Virus record (IMG/VR): IMGVR_UViG_3300032240_001498
Span: 32,001-96,000 of that record
DNA length: 64,000 nucleotides
Source: a virus
Lineage: Duplodnaviria > Caudoviricetes
Reading direction: 5' to 3' (one strand)
The notes beneath the pieces were generated by a model. That model saw only the letters and a list, made by a program, of their open reading frames with translations, had not been told where the DNA came from and did no database searches. Of the stretch, positions 49,901-56,702 are shown in pieces; the first letter of the stretch is position 1, and every line of letters begins with the position of its first letter. Made by a program: the position numbers and the translations under genes.

Positions 49901-52828
49901 AGCAAAGTTGCTTTGGCTGTCTGTTGCAGTCGGAAACAATAAATCTAATGCAATACTATCAACAATTAATCCGCTGTCTCTGCGACACTTGGCTGTATTA
50001 AATGCAAACGGCAAAAATTGTTGGTTGATATATGTTACAACTTCTTCTTGTATAAATGAACGGTTGGCTTGCAACAGAATTTCTGCGCTCATATAATGAG
50101 GATCCGGAGCGGAACCTAAGAAACTCTTAGGAGCAACACTTGGACCATTAGTGATAATATTTGTAATTGTATCAAAGGCATTATCTAATGATTCTTGCGC
50201 CACGCTTCCGCCTGGGAATGAATAGTTGATTACCTGAGCCTGTGTTGCGGTAGTTCCTAAAAGATTAGGAGCTCGCATGTTGACAATAATAGAATTAGTT
50301 AAACTTTTAACATAGTTGATGGCGCCGACACTCTGTGTTTCCTGTCCAGCGATTACAGAATTTACTCCGTCAAAATATGCAAGACCAGATTCAATGGCCT
50401 TGGCATTGCCGCCAAACAGGGCGTCAAAAGTAACGTTCTCTAGAATAATACCAACGTCTCTTTTGCATTTTTCTCTGTTGTAGACAAAGTTAGGTAAGCT
50501 GTTTGTGTAGGCGATAACTTCTGCTTTGATAAAATTCTTATTTGCATTTAGTAATGCGTAGGCATTTAGCAATCCAGTTGTAGAGGTTTGTGTTAGGCCG
50601 ATAGGAACTAGACTGGGTGCCGCGGCTGGTCCAACTGTGATCAATCGAGTGATAAGATCAATGTTAGAACTAATAGTTGCGGCCGCTGTTGCTGAGCCTG
50701 GGTTAGCATTGTCTAATACTTGAGTAATTTTACTTTGATAGAAAGATGTTAACTGCTGACTTTGTACTACAGCACTTATTACAGACTTCATGTACTGATA
50801 AGCCATGGTTGTCTGTGCAATCTCGTTAGGAATAGCAGTACTGCTACTGTTATATCCGTAGTATACTGTGCCAGCTTGAATAGCTTGTCTATTTCCGCCT
50901 CTCAATAAATCAAACGATATGCAATCTATGATATATCCAAGATCTCTTTTACACTTGTTCTTATCGTAGACAAAACTACCAGGACTAAAAACGTTAATCC
51001 ATGCAATAACTTCTGATTTTAAGAAATTTTTATTTGCCTGCAATAGATTATATGCGGCAACAGTACTGGTGTTAGAAGTAATTGTAGTACCGTTAGGAAT
51101 AATCTTGTCAGTTATTCCTGCAGTACCATAAGTGATAATATTAGTTACAGTTGTAAACAACGATCCAATACGAGTTGAATCACCAACTGCGCCTGCAGGA
51201 AGATTTGTTACCTGTGTTAGAGTATTTTGATAAGGTGCCGCAATTACAATGTTTCTAACAATCTGCTGTGCAAGACCGCTGATATAGTTAAATGCATTTG
51301 TAGTTGTTGTTACCTCTCCAGGAATCTGAGTTGGTGTATTTGCTTGGTTCCAATACTGAAGTCCAGAAAATACTGACTGACTTGTTCCTTGATAGATTAA
51401 GTCTAGTCCCAGGCCATCAACAATTAATCCTGTGTCGCGGGCGCACTTAACAGCATTATACTGGAAAGGTCCGCCGTATGTTTGATCAACATAGGCAACT
51501 GTTTGTTCTTGAATAAATGCCTTATTTGCCAATATCAATGTGCGAGCATTTTGGAATCCAGGAGCAGGGGGGCCACCGTTAATAGATTGGCCAACATAGA
51601 CAGATCCTGTACTTAAGGTAACAGTAAATGTTGTTGTATTTGGTGGGTATGTAGCTGTTCCAATTGCTTCCGGTATTTGAATTGTCTGATTTGGTACAAA
51701 CATTGTACCATCATAAAGCCAAGGGCCTGATTGATTAGTAACGTTTTGAATATATGGACTGTGGAACAGATCAATCTTTGTTCCGTTAACCTGCGGAGGA
51801 AACGCTGTAGCGTAGGCACCTCTGTTAGTACCAGGTGCATAGCCAGGGCCGCCTGGGAATCTTCCAGAGCGACCATTATATGTCATCAATTGAGCAATGT
51901 AGCATCCTGACTGAACATGGAATAAGTCTTGTGTCTTATTCATTGGTTCAATTAGTGTTGTACGTAGATCAGATCCAATTACAGATGTATACTGTTTTAA
52001 CAGGACAGGATTATTTTCTCTGTAGAGACCCGGAGCAACTTTGATGCTTGTTCCTTCTTTATATAAAGGACTCTTAGTTGCACCGCTTACTGTACGGCAA
52101 GCACGACTTGGGTCCATTGCGCCGCCATCATTAGTGTCGCTACCGTCTTCAGTAACATACAGTATGTTTGATGTAACAGGTGCAGTACCTAAAGGATTTT
52201 GACCCCATACACGAATCTCACCGCGTACATTCAGTGGGCCACCTTTTGGTGCTATGTCAATACCTTGACTGGCCAATAGGTTAGTAATTGTGCTACCGTA
52301 GGCAGCTAGGTTGCCTGCTTGAACTTGCTGGAAGTAACCATTCTTCCAATTATTAGTTGGACTACCAACATCATAAGTGTTTGGTGTTTTTGGTATTAGG
52401 CTAGAAAGGAATTCTGCACCAACTGTTAGAGTATCAACTCCTAGCTGATTACCTAGAACAATATTGCCGTCTGCTGTAATATTACCAGTAGCGTGTAAGT
52501 TTCCGTCTACTGTGGTGTCAGCATCTAATTTGATTTCGTTGCCTGGAGCAGGCTTTACATGGATAGGACCCAGTGTGGATCCAATGGTACCGCTACTTGC
52601 GGTTTTTGTGATTGTTAGTAGACCAAATGTAGATGTGTTTTGAACAATTAAACTGCCAACGTTGGCTGTTCCATTTACATCTAAATCGTATTGGGGGGAT
52701 GCTGTCTTAATGCCGATGCGACCTGTTGCCACATCAAGATAGAGCAAGTTGGTTTCAACTGCTAAGTTTACACCGTCACGTAGCAAATTACTTGCAAGTA
52801 ACGGGCCTGTAATTCGACCTACGGCCAT
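43970..52828 (-). CDS. 2952-aa virion protein: beta-helix-like scaffold with 13 helical C-x-R-D repeats
   Basis: N-terminal LYLDVATGRIGIKT.SPQYDLDVNG, then LYVTEDGSDTNDG. 13 repeats of [YF][DN]xxxCxRDxG. The C-terminus is FTSTDQNGDFRIG...LTPFILAIEG. Confidence 0.85.
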   Translation of the reverse strand: MAVGRITGPLLASNLLRDGVNLAVETNLLYLDVATGRIGIKTASPQYDLDVNGTANVGSLIVQNTSTFGLLTITKTASSGTIGSTLGPIHVKPAPGNEIKLDADTTVDGNLHATGNITADGNIVLGNQLGVDTLTVGAEFLSSLIPKTPNTYDVGSPTNNWKNGYFQQVQAGNLAAYGSTITNLLASQGIDIAPKGGPLNVRGEIRVWGQNPLGTAPVTSNILYVTEDGSDTNDGGAMDPSRACRTVSGATKSPLYKEGTSIKVAPGLYRENNPVLLKQYTSVIGSDLRTTLIEPMNKTQDLFHVQSGCYIAQLMTYNGRSGRFPGGPGYAPGTNRGAYATAFPPQVNGTKIDLFHSPYIQNVTNQSGPWLYDGTMFVPNQTIQIPEAIGTATYPPNTTTFTVTLSTGSVYVGQSINGGPPAPGFQNARTLILANKAFIQEQTVAYVDQTYGGPFQYNAVKCARDTGLIVDGLGLDLIYQGTSQSVFSGLQYWNQANTPTQIPGEVTTTTNAFNYISGLAQQIVRNIVIAAPYQNTLTQVTNLPAGAVGDSTRIGSLFTTVTNIITYGTAGITDKIIPNGTTITSNTSTVAAYNLLQANKNFLKSEVIAWINVFSPGSFVYDKNKCKRDLGYIIDCISFDLLRGGNRQAIQAGTVYYGYNSSSTAIPNEIAQTTMAYQYMKSVISAVVQSQQLTSFYQSKITQVLDNANPGSATAAATISSNIDLITRLITVGPAAAPSLVPIGLTQTSTTGLLNAYALLNANKNFIKAEVIAYTNSLPNFVYNREKCKRDVGIILENVTFDALFGGNAKAIESGLAYFDGVNSVIAGQETQSVGAINYVKSLTNSIIVNMRAPNLLGTTATQAQVINYSFPGGSVAQESLDNAFDTITNIITNGPSVAPKSFLGSAPDPHYMSAEILLQANRSFIQEEVVTYINQQFLPFAFNTAKCRRDSGLIVDSIALDLLFPTATDSQSNFAGLQYWSQSSYTGSIASELTTTTNSISYLSSLAQKIILNDVSGPRYQSVSTQNTSVAPSTAEVAASIGENFSLILDIINNGTVGVTDKIVPSGSATNDPRIVHAYTQLQNNKGYMQAEVVAFVESTKTAGFVYDQAKCSRDVGYMVDSISFDCLYGGNRQSIMSGVDYYSFSAVSSVQTPAETTATIAAYTRLSDIVSGIITATPVGRSLNNLIDQVIDLPPATSTEVTLARAKIAKISNIITNGPSVASTLTPISLTPSTNENVKRAYALLEANRDFIANELVQFTQNTYNGGGFQYNQAKCSRDTGLLVDGFITDLGWSANGYTNTTFAGLQYWNQSGYTGIIGTELTTTTNAINFVKTMTKEAVVNTVGVRYQNTITQIINLPSATLSEASVLDTEFKIITDILTTGTVGISDKVVPNGLAIVSANAQNAYNILQTNKAYFQAEAIAFVETTKTSGFVYDKTKCARDVGYMIDSVCFDLLWGGNRQAITSGVYYYSFSGPSAIPGENQQTLAAYLRLGEILGDIITNSPIQVSQGNLTPQQFNSSPAVIETASALDAMVRLLLDIINNGPSVVGEKMPVSLTRNTDQNIINAQTLLTLNKQFIRDEIIAYVNSSFPNYQGNKGFNYDQEKCYRDTGLIIDAISQDLLVGGNRKIIEAGESYWTGGVNVVYDQLPQFNAALTYLKSLSLQIVQNQTVTALGNAPQTINTYFGGGIYAIDNINRLIDTFTTIVTKGPAFSPIGYEGAGAFSALSPTSADYTQVASTVLQADSLGSKQYRITLDVPTQGPGINQTIYFGQTSVYPLQDKDVPDIYSDRKVDPWGSIGGSLVDGGVISDRSPIQSFVYDAFTQVNQGGIGIHITNNGYAQLVSVFTIFCGTSVLVENGGICSITNSNANFGDYCLVSKGYGKRSFFGEVTNPPVLPYYPNGFFPQNQRVEVYCPDPADRPHIGQVMEVEVPETYRNAQGLPGFLSAIVNTGTLTTGSISISGIDTTGIVIGQSLYARDQFGSYRDLFGNLYISTGTTITDVNFKEISLSQPINAGGGDPANVNFFTMYVTGNAYYTIRGSTLAPDPITPGTKLIGASATEQGNDQTIEEIQAITYLNSLTNSIVSNKLINAFQSTITQFTNIALATGGQSTVRMGQLFTTLENIINTGPSAVPTIAKTGIVAPGAKDSSSLLRSNKLFLQTEIVEYINSLYFVYDHAVCKRDLGYILDSFAYDVAFQSNYQAIKSGQAYNRNVAGSKYVLENEKAQTTDAISKLGAITNQLAGISTVTSAISVINLDSIYIQNIINAGDGAGPAYSMPAPAGLDSSIVGAISLINNNISFITEELIGWINYTYPVFTYDSVKCKRDMGYILDAVHWDTLLGTNYRAVKAGQAYYLGNAGNVLTYEKSATIAAFNFIKSSALLLPAVVASPVATTALNTDIATINNILQNGVSVSPTVTYTLPSNIASGFDSASLLLQNNIAFIQAEVEAYVYTTYTAGGFVYDRTKCKRDVGYLMQALIYDITYGGNSMSVDAALQYFDSANNNVSTIPNEETQTVAAINYINTICQRIIINLSPLVSYQTSNIVAQYKNGSYINGANASATVALLITEMSNIVGSGPRSAPIITTPDISWVNATTLAAGVAINANANAIASQAITYIGQNFDVFTYDQAKCRRDIGYVLQALIYDLTYGGNWQTVDSGKLYWNGATSLIPNEQTQTIGAWNRMLYLLGQIIQNQNPANSFQATYSQFTNGSITNGANALPGLTNLIGILTRIIQNGLGYAPAIVYPSVSQATPVLRGIYNIIQSQKTALINQVITYIDGKYNGFEYNQALCKRDVGYILDAVAADLESGGNYNTVLAGQSYYARAGTHHYVELEDNITDAALFPDKALLNFYQRSYMSASGYLFEYVGAGSNYGALPQIGRADPIQERETIQLNNGKVFFTSTDQNGDFRIGPGLVISQATGVLSGRTFTKSLFANLTPFILAIEGI
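44300..51560 (-). repeat. Protein-level tandem repeats of about 144-167 aa centred on CxRD
   Basis: Cys codons lie at about 51443, 50951, 50465, 49985, 49490, 48995, 48503 and 48002 (block 1) and 46280, 45848, 45416, 44921 and 44441 (block 2). Confidence 0.9.
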
Positions 52829-52924
52829 AGAAGCTCCTCAATACACCGTGTTACACGGATAACCACCTTACATTGCGGGTTTACCACAGTATGTTCTGCT
52901 GGTAATCAGCATCACATATATTTA
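52829..52924 (-). promoter_or_regulatory. Late promoter plus a structured 5' leader of the 2952-aa gene
   Basis: TAAATA at 52924-52919. Hairpins UGCUG/CAGCA, UGUGG/CCGCA and CCGUG/CACGG follow, then the GAGGAG SD. Confidence 0.55.
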
Positions 52925-52927
52925 CCA

Positions 52928-53644
52928 TTAAGTATTAAAAGGAGGATAGTAACCGTCAAAACCAATGAGAGCATATACAGGCTTAGCTGGCACAGGACTG
53001 GTGAATACAGCATAAGTTCCTGTTGAGAAAGTAAATGTCAAAAATGATCCTGCATTAACAATGCCAAGTGTTGCAGAACTAATACGTACTGCGTTAGTGT
53101 TTGTGCTTATGCTAAGAACTGTGGTTCCTGGAGCAATACCTACGTCACCGCCTACCGCTGATCCCACCTGTATGTCAACTTTATCAACAAGAGTGATGTT
53201 TGTAACCCCTGGATTTGTTACACCAACTGTGGCCTTAGTTTGAACAAAATCATTTACTAATGTGTAATTCACTGTGGGAACTTGATAGACATTTTCAACA
53301 TACAACATTACATTTTGTGGTTTTGCAGAATCAATTCGAACACTTAACGGTCCGTATACCGAGTTTACATAATCACCTGTTCCAACTGTTTGAAACTGTA
53401 CATTGCCCTGTCTACGAGTTCTTAAAAACTCCCAAGTACCATTTATGTATGCTTCAATTTCATTAAAATCTTTGTTATATCTAATCTGGCCGTTGTTAAA
53501 AGTCTGTGCTCGTTGAGCTGTAGATCCGGAAGGAAGTTGCAATTCTGCTTTAGAATCCGTAGTTATTTTACCGTCAATTTCAACAACAAAATTTTGACTT
53601 GCTGGACGATATTTGTTTAAGATTAGACGTTTAACGAATTTCAT
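52928..53644 (-). CDS. Hypothetical virion protein
   Basis: LQLPSGSTAQR...GQIRYN...IEAY..G.W is a fibre-associated motif. The ORF is coupled to its upstream neighbour. Confidence 0.7.
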   Translation of the reverse strand: MKFVKRLILNKYRPASQNFVVEIDGKITTDSKAELQLPSGSTAQRAQTFNNGQIRYNKDFNEIEAYINGTWEFLRTRRQGNVQFQTVGTGDYVNSVYGPLSVRIDSAKPQNVMLYVENVYQVPTVNYTLVNDFVQTKATVGVTNPGVTNITLVDKVDIQVGSAVGGDVGIAPGTTVLSISTNTNAVRISSATLGIVNAGSFLTFTFSTGTYAVFTSPVPAKPVYALIGFDGYYPPFNT

Positions 53645-53973
53645 TAGGCTGTGCTCACGGTACTTATTGTTACAGTAATTGCGCCTGCGGCAGTTGATCT
53701 TACGCTGATGCTATCCTGATCTTCTAAGATAAATTTTTCAGTGTCCATTACAAATGTTTCTGTAGCTGGTACAGGAACTTGATTAATAATTTGTGTCTGA
53801 GGACCAACGGCTAATCCGCTTACTGCTGATACGATGTAGACATCAATTAGTGTGTTGACCACTGTTGAGGTATTGCAAATAACCATGGTAGTTATTGCGT
53901 TCTGTCCACTTGACTGATATACCTGTGTCGGAGGGTTTCCGGCCACTGTTATTTGTTTGCTTGTTATTGCCAT
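53644..53973 (-). CDS. Small virion-associated protein, paralogue of 43571..43957
   Basis: 109-aa beta-rich ORF with an AGGACAGGA SD. Confidence 0.65.
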   Translation of the reverse strand: MAITSKQITVAGNPPTQVYQSSGQNAITTMVICNTSTVVNTLIDVYIVSAVSGLAVGPQTQIINQVPVPATETFVMDTEKFILEDQDSISVRSTAAGAITVTISTVSTA

Positions 53974-53982
53974 GTCCTGTCC

Positions 53983-55008
53983 TTAAAATATTAATCCGTA
54001 AATTATCGCACGTTTGCGAGATATAAATTCGCCCGATGCGTCTTTATTTAAGTAATAGATTCCTGTACCACCGGCTCCTACGACTCCTGTTGTATAAATC
54101 GCAGTTGTGTTTGTGTTTGATATTGGGGGCAAGTTCTGATTAGTAATGCGTAATGCCTTACGTAGGATAACAGATCCTTGACCTGTCGGTTCTAGAAATA
54201 GATCAGCTGTTCCACTACCTGATAGAGCTGTAATAGTTTGATTGGTAAATGCCAATCCTGGAAATAGCACAGATCCTTGACTTATTACAGCAACAGGTAA
54301 TTGATTGATACCTAATATAATATTACTAGGTTGTCCTGTTACACTTATGTCGTTTAATTGTACAAAAGTTTCAGATCCAGCCGGGCCTTGTTTAATTTTT
54401 CTAATGTTATCAACAGATGCTTGGTTGGCGGCAATTTGTATATCAACATAGGCCTTATTTGGAATATCATCTTTGTCAATAACACGAGTTTCATAATTGG
54501 CTGTTCCTGCTACGCTAATAACTGCTCCAGCATTATCGCTGCCAAAAATGTTTAATCTTGGGTAGCCGCCTACTCGAGGAGCGGAATTTTCGTCTATGCG
54601 AATTGCATTTACACGTACTGCACTTACACCGCCTGCGGCTTTGAATTCAAAAATACCTCTACCAGAAATATCTGAAGTATGCCATGTAAATCCGTCAAGA
54701 CCCACAGCATCATTGTATAATAATGTTGCGGCATTTGATAAGTTAGCGCCATTACCACGGTCAATAATTAGACCAGAAGTACCTAGTGTAACATATGAAT
54801 TAGTTTCGCCTGAGTTTAAAACTAACACGTTGTCTTTAATCTGTGCATTAGTAGATGCAACCTGTGTTGTTTGACCTAACACATTAAGACTACCGGTAAT
54901 AACCACGGTACCAGTAAACAGGCCTGTACCTCCGCTAGGATCTAGCGTAATAGTAGGTGACGCTTGTATTGTATAGTTGCCTGGTACGCGAACGACATTT
55001 GTAGTCAT
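53983..55008 (-). CDS. Hypothetical virion/fibre-base protein
   Basis: IKDNVLVLNSGE...SGLIIDRG resembles the DKxIxL...SGL motifs in the fibres. TAAATA and an AGGA SD lie upstream. Confidence 0.7.
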   Translation of the reverse strand: MTTNVVRVPGNYTIQASPTITLDPSGGTGLFTGTVVITGSLNVLGQTTQVASTNAQIKDNVLVLNSGETNSYVTLGTSGLIIDRGNGANLSNAATLLYNDAVGLDGFTWHTSDISGRGIFEFKAAGGVSAVRVNAIRIDENSAPRVGGYPRLNIFGSDNAGAVISVAGTANYETRVIDKDDIPNKAYVDIQIAANQASVDNIRKIKQGPAGSETFVQLNDISVTGQPSNIILGINQLPVAVISQGSVLFPGLAFTNQTITALSGSGTADLFLEPTGQGSVILRKALRITNQNLPPISNTNTTAIYTTGVVGAGGTGIYYLNKDASGEFISRKRAIIYGLIF

Positions 55009-55037
55009 ATGATTATTCCTTTACCCTTTATTTATTT

Positions 55038-55712
55038 TTACTCGTTGACAAAAACTAACTCGTTTATCGCATGTTCTGTAACAAATTCAATATCAGAATT
55101 TTCTTCAAAAGCAAAGTAATTATTAGGGCCTACTTCGAGAACGATTTGATATATTGTCATTCCTTCTTTGTGGGGACGCATTGGATTACTGCTGAATCTC
55201 AGCAACACTCCAAATTTTGAATCTTGGAGCATGGTTTTTGTAATAGTAGCGCCCCATAGATCTTGTGGGCCACCATATGATGCATCATTTTCAATCTTCA
55301 TGTGTCCTTCAACACTATAGTGCCCTGCTGAAAGATTTGTTTTATTATCACTAATAACTTCACCATCATAAATCAAGCATACTGTTTCGTCTATGATCTT
55401 TTGATTTCTTTGACTGCTGATGTGTAGTGTTATGCCTGTGATTGTATTAGGTAAATTTCCAATGTTAAAATCAGTGCATTTCAAATAGTATGTCTTATCT
55501 AATTTAGGGCCGCGTGTAGGGTTTGCCACATGTGTTAGTGGTTTCGTAGTGCTTATTACATTGTAACTTCCAGAACCGTTTGTTGGATTGTTGAGATTGT
55601 AACTTGGGTTATCAACTATTGTATTATCTTGTTGATCGTTGGTCCAGCTGATGTGCGTCTCAGGATATTCTGCATATTGGACTATTGAGCGTGGATAGAA
55701 AAATTCTGGCAT
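55038..55712 (-). CDS. Hypothetical protein
   Basis: 224-aa ORF preceded by GGTAAATA-N5-ATG. Confidence 0.65.
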   Translation of the reverse strand: MPEFFYPRSIVQYAEYPETHISWTNDQQDNTIVDNPSYNLNNPTNGSGSYNVISTTKPLTHVANPTRGPKLDKTYYLKCTDFNIGNLPNTITGITLHISSQRNQKIIDETVCLIYDGEVISDNKTNLSAGHYSVEGHMKIENDASYGGPQDLWGATITKTMLQDSKFGVLLRFSSNPMRPHKEGMTIYQIVLEVGPNNYFAFEENSDIEFVTEHAINELVFVNE

Positions 55713-55724
55713 ACCAGTATTTAC

Positions 55725-55994
55725 CTACTGTGCAAGTAAGGCCATTAAATGAAATTTCTGAAAAAGTCTAAGAGTTTCGTTGATTTTGTTTACTTGCTGT
55801 TGGCAATATCTATGCGTAGCTGTGCTACGTATTCGCCTATGATCTACTTCTAGATTACTGAGTTTTGTGATTTCTGGACGTACTGTATCGCACAACTTTT
55901 TAATATCGTGCTGAAACATTGGTAGCATTTTACCAAGTTGTTTAATTTCTGTTTCTACGGAATTCCAGTCGAGACTTGATTTTATTTCTAACAT
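55725..55994 (-). CDS. Small hypothetical helical protein
   Basis: 89-aa ORF filling the gap after the terminator. It has no clear SD and ends in TAG. Confidence 0.5.
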   Translation of the reverse strand: MLEIKSSLDWNSVETEIKQLGKMLPMFQHDIKKLCDTVRPEITKLSNLEVDHRRIRSTATHRYCQQQVNKINETLRLFQKFHLMALLAQ

Positions 55995-55996
55995 GT

Positions 55997-56021
55997 AAAA
56001 AAGGACTCCTAAGAGTCCTTT
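55997..56021 (-). terminator. Intrinsic terminator
   Basis: AAAGGACTC-TTAG-GAGTCCTTT followed by a T tract on the minus strand. Confidence 0.8.
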
Positions 56022-56023
56022 AA

Positions 56024-56563
56024 TTAAGCGCCTTCTACGATTGCGTAGACGTCGTCAAAAGTGTTACCACCTGATGTCAATACAACACCACTTGTTGATG
56101 TTGAGTCAGCATAGTTCACTGCGGCTGTTGTACCTAGCACATATGGATAACGTGTTGTGCCATTCCAGACATAGCGATCTGTGATACGTGTTGCGTAAAA
56201 CAATGTACCAGTTGGGCTAACTGCTTTGATATACATCTGATTTGCGGCCAATGTTGGTTGGCTTGAGCCACCTACTAATACGCAGGTAGTCAATGTTGCG
56301 GCGCCGCCAGCAATGCTTTGACACATAAACTGATAGGCTCCACGTTGACGGGTAATTTGTCCGTCAGTTTTTGCAACACCTGCGGCAGTTTTGTAATTTG
56401 TTAAAATTACTAGACTTGTTGTACCTGATGTAAATCCGCCTGTACCGCCACGATACACAGTAGCACTTGATGTTGTGCTTGCGGCATACGTAAATTGAAT
56501 TGGGCTGATTGTTTGGTCTACTTGTAGAGTGTTTGCTCTCGAGATTTTCATACCTTTTGCCAT
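56024..56563 (-). CDS. Hypothetical protein after the capsid gene, possibly a head decoration protein
   Basis: 179-aa Thr/Ala/Gly-rich ORF with its own late promoter, a strong AAGGAG SD and a terminator. Confidence 0.65.
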   Translation of the reverse strand: MAKGMKISRANTLQVDQTISPIQFTYAASTTSSATVYRGGTGGFTSGTTSLVILTNYKTAAGVAKTDGQITRQRGAYQFMCQSIAGGAATLTTCVLVGGSSQPTLAANQMYIKAVSPTGTLFYATRITDRYVWNGTTRYPYVLGTTAAVNYADSTSTSGVVLTSGGNTFDDVYAIVEGA

Positions 56564-56645
56564 TTTAATTTCTCCTTAATGTATGTGGGTTCTAGCCACT
56601 GCGCGGATGGGAACCGCAACAAGTCCGGATCGGACAGTATATTTA
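56564..56645 (-). promoter_or_regulatory. Late promoter plus a three-hairpin 5' leader
   Basis: TAAATA at 56645-56640, then GUCCG/CGGAC, GCGG/CCGC and GUGG/CCAC stems before AAGGAG. Confidence 0.55.
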
Positions 56646-56656
56646 TTGTGGTCAAC

Positions 56657-56682
56657 AAAAAGGACTCCGAAGAGTCCTTTTT
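56657..56682 (-). terminator. Intrinsic terminator after the major capsid gene, C(UUCG)G loop
   Basis: AAAAAGGACTC-TTCG-GAGTCCTTTTT. Confidence 0.85.
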
Positions 56683-56702
56683 ATTTGCTTTAAAGCCTTG
56701 GA

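Noticed and set aside
52829-52918. Known riboswitch or ribozyme (c-di-GMP, hammerhead, twister, pistol) in the structured leader
   Set aside because: The required consensus elements were not found by eye, so it is kept only as an unassigned structured leader.
55038-55994. The only TAG stop among accepted genes (55725) is in frame with the next ORF, suggesting amber read-through or recoding
   Set aside because: Multi-kb ORFs are intact under code 11, so TAG is not recoded. In-frame adjacency has a one-in-three chance, and a TAAATA-N5-ATG promoter sits in the 12-nt gap.
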